Part shown: piece after piece, positions 51,001-64,000 of the stretch | How the letters are laid out: every line of letters begins with the position of its first letter | Position numbering within the stretch: the stretch's first letter is position 1 | Assembly: GCF_006345805.1 (NCBI RefSeq) | Contig: NC_042997.1 | Span: forward strand, 91,202,001-91,266,000 | DNA from: Octopus sinensis | Taxonomy: Eukaryota | Direction: 5' to 3' | DNA length: 64,000 nucleotides | Notes under the pieces: generated by a model | Told to the model about the DNA's origin: nothing | Seen by the model: the letters and a program-made list of their open reading frames with translations, nothing else | Database searches by the model: none | Translations under genes and position numbers: made by a program

Positions 51001-51837
51001 GAAAGAGAGGAACTAATACAGAGGATGAGAGAGAATATATGTAAGCAAGAGAAACAGAGAATGAGAAAGGGAAAAAATCAGTTGGAAACTGCAGTTTTTA
51101 GAGAAAAACCTGTGTAAAACATACTTTTTCTTGATTTCTCACTTTATGTGGGAGCTCTGGGAAAAAAATATAGTGTATGACTATTCTTGACACATAAGTA
51201 ATGTGTGTGTAAGGTTTGGAGAAAATTAGTTGAAAACTGTAGAAATGTATACATATTACACACAGACATCTTTGTTTTATATATGTAGATATATGACACA
51301 TTACCGGTAACTATTGATTGACATGACAGAGAAATCGATTTAAACTTGGAATCTTAAGTAAATAAGGAGTCCATGAAATCTAGATAAATTCTCATTAAAC
51401 CTACTCATGACAGAAATGTTATCTATCTATGTGTTGAACCATTTGTCTGCCTGCCCTTCTGTCGGAGGGAATGTCTATTGTTAATATAAAAAAAAGCTGA
51501 TGACAACACGTGTGTCATCCACGCATGAGTTTGTTGACAAGTGTTTTGTCTCTCAGTTAGATGACTCCACTATCTGTATATATCCCATTACTTTTTATCT
51601 GTGTGCAAGCATGCAAATATATATATATAACCATAAATGGCTCTGATGAAGGTAGCTTTAATTTTCTTAGGTCATTTAATTTTTGTCTATTGATCAATAG
51701 ACCAATTGAGTAAACCTATGAGTAATGTACCTGTAATAACTACTGGAAACTGCTGCAAGCCAAATTTGCTCCAAAAAAGGAAAAATATGTAATGACCATT
51801 ATTTTTAACTTGTTTCTTTATGTTGTTTCTTTATAGG

Positions 51838-52225
51838 CATAGGAGTGGCAGTGTGGTAAGTAGCTTGCTTACGAACCACATGGTTCCGGGTTCAGTCCCA
51901 CTGCATGGCACCTTGGGCAAGTGTCTTCTACTATAGCCTCAGGCCAACCAAGTGGATTTGGTAGACAGAAACTTAAAGAAGCCGTTGTATATATGTATAC
52001 GTATATATATACGTGTATGTTTGTGTGTTGTGTTTGTCCCCACCAACATCGCTTGACAACCGATGCTGGTGTGTTTACGTCCCCGTAAATTAGCAGTTCA
52101 GCAAAAGAGACCGATAGAATAAGTACTAGGCTTACAAAGAATAAGTCCTGGGGTTGATTTCCTCGACTAAAGGTGGTGCTCCAGCATGGCCACAGTCAAA
52201 TGACTGAAACAAGTAAATGAGTAAA
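51838..52225 (+). mobile_element. Full-length tRNA-derived SINE
   Basis: A-box tggcagtgtgg, B-box-like ggttcagtccc, central (TA/TG) tract, tail ctccagcatggccacagtcaaatgactgaaac. Confidence 0.9.
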
Positions 52226-52319
52226 TGAGAATGAATGAGTATATATTTATTTATAATTGAATGCCATGCGGCCTTGTCCACAGTAAGTTCCTACATTTAT
52301 ATATATATATATATAACAG

Positions 52320-52620
52320 TTTTAATTTAGCTTTAATCGTTGCAAAGTTTTATAATAATAGTTAATTACAAGTATACTTTTATTAGTTCCTATTCAATAA
52401 ATTTAATAGTAAAGATTGTTTGCCAACAAAACATGGCAGTCCTGGTTTAGGATGAATGTTGCTGTAATTTAGTCCCAGGAGACATCGTCTCCAGCTGGCT
52501 ATATGACACGATCTGTGTTCTTATATTTTTGAACAAGGGAATCTAGCACCCTGGCCAGCTCAAAACAATATCTGTGTATCGCAATTTCCGGGTTATTTCT
52601 CTTCATCAGCACAGAATAAT
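52320..52620 (-). mobile_element. Probable Penelope-derived short repeat with a degenerate hammerhead
   Basis: Minus strand tctgtg-CTGATGA-...-GAAA-ttgcga-ta-cacaga at 52571-52615. Confidence 0.55.
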
Positions 52621-53749
52621 TGTTCGGTTATGTTAAAACTGTTGATGTATTTAAGGCAACACTTGTGTAGCTTTGTTAAGTAAGGAAAGAAAAAAAAACT
52701 GAGGATGTCCACTAATTTCTGTATTGAGAAAACAAAAGATTTGAAGCTTTCTGAATTACATGTTTGTGCGTTTATATTAAATCGGATGACATTATGTCTG
52801 AAATGACATTAGAACATGGAATTCCTGCTATGAGAGGTTGGGTATAAAAAACATGAGTGGATTAGTGAAAACTGACCTGAAGTGGTACCGACTGATCGTC
52901 CAGCTGTATAGTTTATTTTATGTAGTTTTATTTTAAGAAAATTAAGGTAGAGAAAGTTGCTGACTTGTTAGGATTAGCTGCTTATTTGTTTAAAGTACAG
53001 GGCTTATTTAATCAAGTTGTTGTTGTTCAATCCTCAGGCCTACCCTGATTGAGTTGGCCTATGATAAAAGGCATTCCATCTATGATCATCCTCTCATTTT
53101 CTTCAGAGAGTATATCTAAGATTATATTTTCCAATTTATCAAGTTTTGTTTAAGATGGTAGTGTGTCATTTTAGAGAGATTTGGTAGCTATGACTAGCAG
53201 GTTAAACAACAACTGAGAGTCTCCTTTCTTTGGCTCCTTGTTAATCTGGTAGTACAAAAACGTGTTATCCCTAGTAACTGCCGTAACAATATCATTGTAG
53301 GTATTTCAAGTGTATAGGAGATTTAGTAAAAAGTGAAAAGGTATCAAGTTGATGGATCAAAACTTCAAAATACTTGAAAGTCTTAATAAAGTTATTAAGA
53401 GAAATAATTAGGTTGGATTAAATGTATTTTGTATTTCTACCAAAGATGTTTCGCTTGTGAGACATCATAACTAAGAATAAACAATTCTATTTTTTCCTTG
53501 ATGATCAGGAAAATTTATTGTTACATAATCACTTTGTAGTCTGCTGGGTGTTATGAAAACTAACAGTAGATGAATGGTTTGTGTGAACTGCTAAAGCAAA
53601 GAAATGATTAGTAACAAAAAGAGAGAAGAAATTAGAGTAAAAACCTGTTCTCAACTCTTTTCTATTCATTATAACTCTAGAATGATTAATAATATGCAAG
53701 TTCAGAACTAGATGTTTTGAAACTTTGATATTATGGGCTGCCTTTTGTT

Positions 53750-54265
53750 AAAGATTCTATCGAACAATTGCTGAAAAATTCCCCCACCCAAAAGAGTGGA
53801 ATAGTGCCTGAAAGCATGAAGAACAAAGTAAGAATCAGGGAGAGCATAAAATCCTGGTGCCATCCAGGAAATATTTTTTTTATTGCTATACAGGAGGAAA
53901 TTAAGCAGGAATTCAGTCTTCCTGCTGATGTGAAAATCAAAGAGAAAGAAGATAACTATGGACAACTGCTTTAAAATCTCTAGGTTCTATATCTGGATTA
54001 CAAATTTACATTTGTACCAATAATAATTGGAGCACTTGGTTTCGTAAGTAAATGCCTAACTGTCAGTTTTGGATAAGCTTGGATTTTCAGAAAAAGAAAT
54101 AAACTAACTGATTCGCACATTACAAATACAATCTGTACATGGAACAGTAAGACTATGCAAGACTTTTCTCAGGTTTAAATGTGATGTCTTCATTATCTAC
54201 ATTCCAAAGCTGGAGATTTTCATCTTTGTTAGAAACCAGCTCTTTCTTCAGAGGAAGAATTTAAA
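53750..54265 (+). mobile_element. 3' end of an RLE-type non-LTR element
   Basis: QEFSLPADVKIKEKEDNYGQLL (RLE-like motif); paralogous to 42085-42420. Confidence 0.7.
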
Positions 54266-55186
54266 TGATTAAATACAGAAGAGACATATATACATACATA
54301 CATGCATGCATGCTTCTCCCCTGCATCCCTCTCCAGCTCAGCATTTCTAATCTTCTGGGTTTATGGGCAGTGGTGCCATGTAAAAAGCACTTGTACTGGT
54401 GCCATATGTATATGCATCCATGCTGGTGCTGCATAAAAACACTTAGTACACTCTGTAAAGTGGCTCACACACACACACAAACCCATATATATGATGGGCT
54501 TATCTTATTTTCCATTTACCAAATACCAGAGCTATAGTAGTTGATACTTGCCCAAGATGCAACACTGGGATAGGGCCCAGAACCATGTGGTTGAAAGCAA
54601 ACTTCTTACCACACATTGTCTATATAATAGAACATTTTGATGAAATGAAATAAAAGCAATAATAATTATTCTATCATTTGTTTCAGGTCCTAACTGAATA
54701 TATCTATAAATGTATCTATTCATGTCAAAGGGACTTTGCTTCCTATCTTCTACAAGTTGTTGAAAACTATACTTCATAATTATCAACTATAGTTGATCTT
54801 TGATAAGAATCTTTGGAGTCCAAAATTTAATCATTTCTACAGAATAAAATCTGGTGTCTGTTAATACCAGCTGATAATGTTTTATCTTTATAAAATATAT
54901 CAAATAGCAAGGTCAAAGTACAAGCAATTTAATAGCAGACTGACAGGTGAAGTGCATCATTAACAGCAACATACATAAACATATACAATTGGCACATATA
55001 GATAATGATTTTGTACATAAGAGCTTATATGAAAATGTGTATGAGTGTACATACACACACACACGTTTGTATATACACGTGTGTGTATATATATATACAT
55101 ACGCACGTATGTTTATATACATATGTATGTGTGTGTATATATATATGTGTTTTTATATGTGTGTGTGTGTGTATGTGTGTGTGTGT

Positions 55187-55224
<38 letters not shown>

Positions 55225-56004
55225 TGTGAACACATGCTTTCTTGATGATCAACTTCAGGAATAAATTTATGGTTATCTGAAACTGAATAATTATCATAAT
55301 AGAACAATAGGTAAACTTTATAATTCATCCAAAGCTGTTTGGGACTCCATGCTATGCGTCTGCTATGCAAATCGGGCTCACAACACATAACCTCACTGTA
55401 ACACAATTACTTCTTGTCAACAGCCTCTACTGTTTAATGTTATCTTATACAAATCAAAGAAAAAATATCCCATAACCTTCAAATGATATCTGGAAAAATT
55501 TCTTCAAGTGATACCAAGCAAACCACCTTATAATCAGGTCCATCTCAATCAACAACTCCCTACTTGAATGGGCTAGGATACAAACCAACTTGACTTAAAA
55601 AACAACTTAACAGATTCTATCAAATAGTGCTGTATTAAGTTAGGCATGATCTGGGCCAATTTTGCCTGAAACATCTAAATTTATCAAAGTTTATACATGC
55701 ATCCACCCACCCACCCACCCACCCATCCATCCATCCATCCATCCATCCATCCATCCATCCATCCATCCATCCATCCATCCATCTATCCATCAGTCCATCC
55801 ATCCACCTATCCACCTATCCATCCATCCATTCATTCATCCATTCTCCATTCAAACATATATATACATACATACATATACTTATATCTACATATATATCTA
55901 TACACACACACACACACATGTATTTATATGTATCTATTACGTACATACATATGTGTACGTTTGTTAGTATGTGTGTGTGTGTATATATGCATGCTTTTAT
56001 GTAT

Positions 56005-56780
56005 GTATCATCATCATCATCATTTAGCATCTGTTTTCTTTGCTGGCATGAGTTGGATGGTTTGACGAGCTGGCCAGCTGACGAGCTGGCCAGCTGACGA
56101 GCTGGCCAGCTGACAAGCTGCCCAGATTCCATGTTTGTTTTGGCATGGTTTCTATGGTTGGATGCCCTTCCTAATGCTAACCACTTTACAGAGTATATTG
56201 GATGGTTTTACACAGTGCTGCCATGGATGTGTTTACATGGCACCAGTACAGGTTCTTTTTATATGGCACCACCACCCACTAGCTCAGAAGATAAGGAATA
56301 CTGAGCCGGAGAGGGATGCAGGGGACAAGCATGTTTGTTTGTTTGTTTGTTTGTTTGTTTGTTTGTATGTATGTATGTATGTATGTATGTATGTATGTAT
56401 GTATGTATGTATGTGTGTGTGTGTATGTGTGTATGTATGTATGTATGTGTGTATGTATATGTATGTATGTATGTATACATGCATATATGCATGCATGCAT
56501 GATTTGACTTAGTTTGATGTGTCTTCTCAAGCACAGCAAGCTGCCAGAAGTCTTGGTTCCCTGTCATCCTCTCTGTGAGGTCCAACATCTTAAGATCCTT
56601 GGGTCTATTCCTTCCATATATTCCTTTCACAATTGATGCAATGGCCTTCATTCACATGCATTACATGACTGTATCAGCACAGTCTTCTCTCTTGCACAGT
56701 ACATCTGATACCTCACATACCCAGTTTTTCACTCTGTTGTACACGCACACTGACATTACCCATCCAGTAGACTATATTGG
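56005..56780 (-). mobile_element. RTE 3' fragments interrupted by microsatellites
   Basis: catcatcat tail, ggatgcccttcctaatgctaacc, RT C-terminal remnant at 56520-56760. Confidence 0.65.
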
Positions 56781-56799
56781 CTTCCTTAATTTCGAGCCT

Positions 56800-57170
56800 T
56801 ATATAAATATCGAAATCGAAATCGAATTGAACCAGCCAGGATCCCTGGTCTGGTGGTACGTAAAAAGCACTATCCGACTCGTGGCCGATGCCAGCACCGC
56901 CTCGACTGGCTTCCGTGCCGGTGGCACATAAAATACACCAATCTGACCGTGGCCGTTGCCAGCCCCGCCTGGCACCTGTGCAGGTGGCACGTAAAAAGCA
57001 CCCACTACACTCACGGAGTGGTTGGCGTTAGGAAGGGCATCCAGCTGTAGAAACATTGCCAAATTAGACTGGAGCCTGGTGCAGCCTTCTGGCTTCCCAG
57101 AACCCCGGTCGAACCGTCCAACCCATGCTAGCATGGAGAACGGACGTTAAACGACGATGATGATGATGAT
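56800..57170 (+). mobile_element. Young RTE 3' UTR copy
   Basis: CpG-intact; (gat)n tail; reverse complement of 12929-13150. Confidence 0.88.
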
Positions 57171-57653
57171 GATATATATATATAAAATTTTTTTCGTAAT
57201 GTGATAAAAAAACCAAGTCTGAGTAGATTTTAGAGCATTTATCTATCTATAAATGTTCTAAAAATCTACTCACCCTTGGTTTTTTATTTCATTACAAAAA
57301 AAAAATTTTATATACACATGAAGACATATGACCAACGTTGAACCCCCTCTTCGCAAAATCACCAAACTTGGAACTTATCTATGGTCTATCTATAGCACTT
57401 ATTCAGCATTACCTGACACCTTTGGGTCTCAATAACACCATTACCTCTCATAACCTATATATATACATATATATGTATGTATATATGTGAGAAAAAATAA
57501 GTTCAAATTGAACAATTCAAACTTTTTGAGGAATCCAAAAATAGAGAAAATAATTTCCAATAAAAATTCATCATATTCATAAAAAATCAGCCAGAGCAAG
57601 TAGTAAGAATATGAAAATAACAATTGAAAGAGTTAGATCTCTATATATACATA

Positions 57654-58045
57654 TCTTTATATATAAAAGTCAAGTTGTCTGTCTCCTACGATTTAGATTC
57701 CCAACTACTCCCACATTTTGCGGTGCAGTTTAACCAAAACCGGGTATCTTATAGTCGTGATTCATATCGAGCCCGTCTGGGTATTAGCGCGCGTCTACGA
57801 TGAGTCTACGATTTTAAAAGAAATTTATCATAGTTTTTCCGTATTTTTAATGCATTTTCGCTCGGTTTATATAAGGGAAGTAACTCTCTAAAAATGTATT
57901 ATTAAATCTCAGAACGTAAAAAGCTACAGTAACAGCCCCCTTTGTGTTTAGCCATATTGAGATGGCTATTATACTTTACATCTCTAAAAATGCTTATATA
58001 GTTATTTCCCTTACAAACCCAAGCAACGCCGGGCGATACTGCTAG
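57654..58045 (+). mobile_element. Complete non-autonomous Helitron (~390 bp)
   Basis: A|TCTTTATATATAAAAG 5' end; 3' ccc.agcaacgccggg hairpin and CTAG|T at 58042-58046. Confidence 0.85.
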
Positions 58046-58276
58046 TATATACTAAATATATATGTGCACACACACACACACACACACGCATATATATATA
58101 TGGATACATATATTTATGCATAAATATATATATATACATATATATACATATAAATGTGCATATATACATACATATATATATATGTACACATATATTTACA
58201 CATATACATGCATACATATACTACACATACATGTATATACATATAAATCTATATATATATATATATAATATATATA

Positions 58277-58315
<39 letters not shown>

Positions 58316-58924
58316 CATCTATTTATATACATATACATATATATGTGCAAATGTATACACTCACACACACATATAAGTGAAATAATAGTTTCACTTTTAA
58401 TAGGGAAAGCATTAAAACTGAAAGTATTATTTTACATTACAATAGAGATGTTATTGTTTCACTTTTGACATGTAACACTGAAATAGTGTAAGAGATAAGA
58501 GATTGCTCCAGGCTTGCATTAGGCAAGAAGTTTAAAACTTGTTGGGCCCATGACACTAAGTAAGGCACATGTAAAATTTGAATGAAATCAGTTGTTTAAC
58601 TTTGTTTGTTGATGGGTGGGGGTTTGAGGCAGGAGGGGCATCTGGCTCTGGTGGGTGGGTGGGGGTCCACCTCAGCTGCTTCATATGACCCATGTGATCA
58701 TGGATGCAGGGACGTAGGGATAGTGATGCTGATAATAATGATGATAGTGATGATGGCACTGATATATCAACTACATAGATGTTATATTTTTTATCCAGAC
58801 TGAGGTAGTGGAAGATATATCTGCATAATATAATAAAAACGATAAGCACTTGGGTTCATAGATGCTAATAATATAGAAAAGGAAAGTTGTACCTAAACAT
58901 CAGTATTGGTATTTATCTGCATGG

Positions 58925-59830
58925 GTGCTAGAAAAATATATATACTCATAATTTTAGAAAATCAGCAGACAACTGAGTACAAAAATCTTGTTAATATCAC
59001 AAATCAAATGACCAGTTGCTCAATCCCTACTCTCAATACAATTTCTATGCTGTGTAAAACTAAACTTGTTGGAAGAAGAATTCTAATACTTGCATGAAAT
59101 CAGGGTATGGCTAATAATCTACTTGCTTACACAAAACAGATGAGGGTGGTTGATTTGATAGGGCTGCAAGCAAACTGAAACTATCTGGAATTCCTTTTCT
59201 GTCTAAGATTTTTTCTACAGGCACTAACTTACAGATGTTTGACCTGAACATCAACAGCATCAATCTCACCAGACTAGGATAGTTTGCATAGGTCATAGGT
59301 CTTCTTTAAAAAGTGGTCAAACCCTTAGAACTGTAAATGGGTGCAATTTTTTTTCAAATAGTTGACTGCTGTAGAAGTGGCTGCACTGTACATTTGATGT
59401 GTGTCTTGTTGGTTTACTGTGCCCTTTTCAACATTTACCCAATCCATTTAATGCTATAGAAATTAAAATGAAGTAGCAGCCTTGTAAATATGGAGACTCT
59501 TGAAAGGGTTACTCAAATTCTCACATTTGTGCAAACACATATACACATGCATCCCATATTTGGGCATATTGGAAACTTACATGTCCTCCTATATACTCAT
59601 ACCCTCATATGCGTGTATGGGAAAGCATGTATTTGCTCACATGAATATATTTATATAAAAAAGTTACTGGGCAACTAGCTCATAGGGTACTCGTTTTCAT
59701 TTGTAAAAATAAAAAGTATTTCATTATCTTGGTTTATCAAGTAAATAGCAGGATTTAATCTGAAAAAATTAAGAGGTTACTATTTTTCTCCAATGGAATT
59801 TTGTTTTTTTCTCTATTAAGTACTTAGAAA
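58925..59830 (+). repeat. Copy A of a local ~0.9-kb duplication
   Basis: Nearly identical to 61544-62160 plus 62686-62940. Confidence 0.9.
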
Positions 59831-61039
59831 CTAGCATTAAGTACTAATCTCATGAACTTGATTAGTTCATGAAGAGAGTATCTCAACTCATATATTGAAA
59901 CATAAACACATATATACAATTACACAAAGAGACACATAGAACACACACACACACACACACATTCATGAACAGACAAAGCTACAAAAATTCATGAACAGAC
60001 AAAGCTACACAAAAATACACTTATACTAAAGCATTATTACATATATACAAGTGCACACATACCCACATGTACATAATAAACAACATAAACAAGCAGATAG
60101 AGTGAATAAGTAAAATTCTTGGAGTGTAACCTATCCTAAATGACACACTTTTACATTAAAAAGTAATCCAACTGTGATAATCCCATATTTGGGTATATTA
60201 GAAACTACATTGTCCTTTGTATACAGTCTTTATTGAAGAAGTTAGGGTGTGACTTGGCATTTGTTATTCATTGGATTTTCTACTTTAATGAAACTACCTA
60301 ATGATGATAATGATTACTATGATGTCCAGCTACTGCAGGCAAAACTGATTTTTTTTTTATGAAGTAGCATAAAGTCAATATTTTAAAAGAATGGTGTACA
60401 CTTAGTCTATTGAAGTTAATCCTAATGCTCTTTTTTTTTTTTTGCCTTGAATCATAAAGCTCCAAGGAGTCTTATCCTTGATTATTATATTTTTAAGCGG
60501 ATGAGGCAATTATACCTCTGAATAGGATATTGGTCAGTTGAGGGAGCTATTCCGATAGGGTTAATTTGAACTTAGCACTGTAATTCCACTGTGATTCTTT
60601 TACAGGCTGTGGTGAATTATATAATCTGTGCAATGATTTGGTTTCACTGTACTGTCACTACATATACAAGTGAATTGTATAGTCTGGCTGTATTTTATTT
60701 TAATTCTACTGTACTGTACATACACTCTATGTGCAACTATTTTGTTTTAAAACTTATGAATTAATTCAAATATTATGAAAAAGTTGAAGAAGATATACGA
60801 TGATGATGATGATATGTAAGTGTATGTGTGTGTCTTTGACTCTGTGTTTCGCCCTCATCACTGCTTCACAACTGCTGTCGATTTATTTACACCCCCATAA
60901 CTTACTGGTTTCACAAGAACAATCTAATAGAATAAGTGCCAGGCTTTAAAAAGCACTAGGCTGTGTCTCATATTTTTGTTTGCCCACTCAGTTGCATCTG
61001 TCAATTTATCTTTGTATGTGTGTATATATCTATATCTAT

Positions 61040-61205
61040 ATCCGCACCATCCTCAACATTCACTGGAGTGACTTTGTCACAAGCAGATCAGATTGGAGTC
61101 TGGTGCAGCCATCTGGTTTGCCAGACCTCAGTCAAATCGTCCAACCCATGCTAGCATGGAAAGCGGACGTTAAACGATGATGATCATGATGATGATGATG
61201 ATGAT
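61040..61205 (+). mobile_element. RTE 3' UTR fragment
   Basis: gattggagtctggtgcagcc...gcatggaaagcggacgttaaac followed by (gat)n. Confidence 0.85.
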
Positions 61206-61259
61206 ACATTTAGCTTCGTTAATTCAAGTCCATTAAACCCAAAACTTGTCTACTGCAGC

Positions 61260-61530
61260 CCATGGGTCGGTGCAGTTTTGGTAGGCATTGAAAAAAGATT
61301 TACAACCCTCCTGGATGATGAGGAATGCCTTCTTGAGTGAGCAGGTGTTCGTGAACTTGTTCATCAAGTTCAACACAGCCATCCCTTCCAGTGCTGCAAC
61401 TGAACGTATATTTTCTATGGGCAAAGACATCTAGAATGCCAAGAGATCATCCTTGTTTGGTGAAAATTTTAGTATGTTAATTTTCATGATGGGCAACATG
61501 AATCTTATCAACAAAATGGAGAAGAAGAGG
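61260..61530 (+). mobile_element. hAT dimerisation-domain remnant
   Basis: LFIKFNTAIPSSAATERIFSMGKDI...ENFSMLIF. Confidence 0.8.
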
Positions 61531-61543
61531 AAAAATGAAATTG

Positions 61544-62940
61544 TGCTAGAAAAATATATATACTCATAATTTTAGAAAATCAGCAGACAACTGAGTACAA
61601 AAATCTTGTTAATATCACAAATCAAATGACCAGTTGCTCAATCCCTACTCACAATACAATTTCTATGCTGTGTAAAACTAAACTTGTTGGAAGAAGATTC
61701 TAATACTTACATGAAATCAGGGTATGGCTAATAATCTACTTGCTTACACAAAACAGATGAGGGTGGTTGATTTGATAGGGCTGCAAGCAAACTGAAACTA
61801 TCTGGAATTCCTTTTCTGTCTAAGATTTTTTCTACAGGCACTAACTTACAGATGTTTGACCTGAACATCAACAGCATCAATCTCACCAGACTAGGATAGT
61901 TTGCATAGGTCATAGGTCTTCTTTAAAAAGTGGTCAAACCCTTAGAACTGTAAATGGGTGCAATTTTTTTTCAAATAGTTGACTGCTGTAGAAGTGGCTG
62001 CACTGTACATTTGATGTGTGTCTTGTTGGTTTACTGTGCCCTTTTCAACATTTACCCAATCCATTTAATGCTATAGAAATTAAAATGAAGTAGCAGCCTT
62101 GTAAATATGGAGACTCTTGAAAGGGTTACTCAAATGCTCACATTCATGCAAACACATATATAATAATGATAATAATAATGAAATTAATTGTATACAGTGC
62201 TCAGGTGCACCACAACTTGTCAGAAAGTGCATATAAAGTACATGCAGTAATGTAGAAATGTCTGGAAAGCGAACAATGTATATGAGTCAGATACATGCTT
62301 GTGTGTGTATGGAGGGGAGAAAATCAAGTGTAGTGTTGGCGAATCTCAGGAAGCATGGAAGTTTTGAAGGATGCAGTGCTCCGACAACTAACAACTGATG
62401 CCGGCAGTTTGTTCCATGCTTCAGCAACTCTCAGCGTGAAAAAATGTTTCCTGAAGTCATGGGAGCTGTGCTGTTTTCTTACTTTGTAAATATGTCCACG
62501 GGTGTTAGATGGGTGGAGTTTGAAAAGGTGCTCAGAGTTATTGTTTGTACGATGGTTGATAATTTTATGGGTGTCTGCTAAGTCAGCCGCCAGACGTCGG
62601 AGTTTCAATGTGTCCATGCCCAGGGAAGTAAGGCGTTCAGGATATGGCAAATGCCTGATGGAGGGTATTCTTTTGGTTTCACGTCGCATCCCATATTTGG
62701 GCATATTGGAAACTCACATGTCCTCCTATATACTCATACACTCATATGCGTGTATGGGAAAGCATGTATTTGCTCACATGAATATATTTATATAAAAAAG
62801 TTACTGGGTAACTAGCTCATAGGGTACTCGTTTTCATTTGTAAAAATAAAAAGTATTTCATTATCTTGGTTTATCAAGTAAATAGCAGGATTTATTCTGA
62901 AAAAATTAAGAGGCTACTATTTTTCTCAAGTGTTTTTTTC
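61544..62940 (+). repeat. Copy B of the duplication, interrupted by CR1
   Basis: Matches copy A on both sides of 62161-62685. Confidence 0.9.
62161..62685 (-). mobile_element. 5'-truncated CR1/L2-group LINE
   Basis: ORF 62324-62704: LPYPERLTSLGMDTLKLRRLAADL...NTRGHIYK...RKHFFTLRVAEAWNKLP; (TTA)n tail. Confidence 0.9.
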
Positions 62941-63160
62941 TCTATTAAGTACTTAAAAATCAGCCCTTTTTAGGCTCTTTGAAATTTAAAAAAAATAAAA
63001 TCAACACATTTTTTAACTCTAAGCAGAAAAAAAAAAAGCTATAGTTTTTGTGTTCTAAAGCCCTCAAAAAAGCAAAAAAAAAACCCCTGATTTTATAGTT
63101 TTGACACTTTTTAATCCTTCAGTGTTTAAACAATCAAGACCTCTAATTCCTCTATGAAAT

Positions 63161-63421
63161 CTTGATAAACCAAGATAATGAAATACTTTTTATTTTAACA
63201 AATGAAAATGAATACCCTATGAGCTGGTTGCCCAGTAACTTTTTTATATAAATATATTCATGTGAGCAAATACATGCTTTCCCATACACGCATATGAGTG
63301 TATGAGTATATAGGAGAACACGTGAGTTTCTAATATGCCCAAATATGAGATGCCTGTATAAATGTGTTTGCACGAATGTGAGCATTTGAGTAACCCTTTC
63401 TAGAGTCTCCATATTTACAAG
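63161..63421 (-). repeat. Inverted copy C of the duplicated unit
   Basis: Reverse complement of 59478-59742; lacks the CR1 insertion. Confidence 0.9.
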
Positions 63422-63479
63422 AAAATAAAAAAATCAGGTTAGTGAACTCTTGTAGCTTTCAGATAATGTGAGGGCTTTC

Positions 63480-63950
63480 TTCCAGAAAGCACAGAACTGG
63501 GAGAAAAGCAAAATTCACTGAGGTGGCTGTCAACAGAAAAAATATTGACTTCCATAATGTGGAAAAATAAATGGAAGGAAAAAAGTTGGTAAATATTTCA
63601 GTGTGAATGCAAATAGCTGTTTTGTGGTAGCAGGGCATGTTAGAAATAGCAGCCAATCTTTCCTTTTCTGGAAAAAGGAGCCATTCACATGTGATTTTGA
63701 TGTCACATTTGTTGAAGGCATGTAAAATAACCTGGAAAAGAAAAAAAAAAAATCTGCAAAACAAAACTTTTGGTTGGAAACTTTGAGATCCTCACCATTC
63801 CTCCAACCTTTCTTTTCTGGAAAAAAGTGGCTTGCGGAGGGCTAGGAGGTCATATACGTTGAATGCACCTGAGAAAAACTGTGGAAAAAAATTATTCCAC
63901 ACCAAGGTATGAAGTATTTACCAAAAGAATAAAATCTTGTACCGATTATA
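63480..63950 (+). mobile_element. mariner transposase remnant
   Basis: STEKILTSIMW resembles SAGKVMATVFW; GWKL*DPHHSSN resembles GWEVLPHPPYSP. Confidence 0.55.
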
Positions 63951-64000
63951 CCTATATTTTAATTAATTCAAATTAATGTACCTCTTCTTAAAAAGTGGCA

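Noticed and set aside
51641-51680. CTGATGA core, plus similar hits at ~47440 and ~51497
   Set aside because: No correctly spaced GAAA or stem III
51838-51915. tRNA-like sequence
   Set aside because: It is the SINE head; no cloverleaf or acceptor stem, and it continues into the SINE body
55243-55295. TGATGA...CTGA suggesting a C/D snoRNA
   Set aside because: Boxes too close together and no terminal stem
56072-56125. Tandem 16-bp unit containing the palindrome AGCTGGCCAGCT
   Set aside because: Local slippage within an RTE-tail SINE; no sign of independent function
59111-59296. Identical 61-aa ORF present twice (also 61728-61913)
   Set aside because: Identity is explained by the recent duplication; no recognisable domain
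63459-63764. Minus-strand ORF with a strong acceptor-like site
   Set aside because: The plus strand carries mariner motifs; the T-tract is probably an expanded poly(A)

Overview
AT-rich, microsatellite-dense eukaryotic genomic DNA. The repeat content (tRNA-head SINEs, RTE-derived 3' ends with (GAT)n tails, (ATAC)n/(AT)n arrays) looks like an octopus or other cephalopod genome; this is an inference. Only one host coding exon is recognisable: a 27-nt first exon on the minus strand (MAATRR LNK|GT, 25235-25261) matching exon 1 of UBE2L3/UbcH7. No later exon was found, so 1-25234 is probably a >25 kb first intron. A second CpG-rich, promoter-like region lies at about 49290-50200. Almost everything else is transposon-derived: hAT (several with exact 8-bp TSDs), Tigger/pogo, mariner, Merlin, piggyBac-type MITEs, Helitrons, Gypsy, RTE, R4/RLE-type, L2/CR1, Penelope and SINEs. 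The most notable structures are: an intact type I hammerhead ribozyme core inside an inverted repeat (40437-40496) plus two degenerate hammerhead-like folds; an ORF1-only Tx1/L1-like retroelement with a 16-bp TSD inserted into the tRNA-like head of a SINE as part of a four-level nest; two large near-perfect palindromes (about 0.44 kb and 1.28 kb) next to Helitron ends; and a recent local duplication plus inversion near the right end. No bacterial-type systems, CRISPR arrays, rRNA or true tRNA genes were seen.
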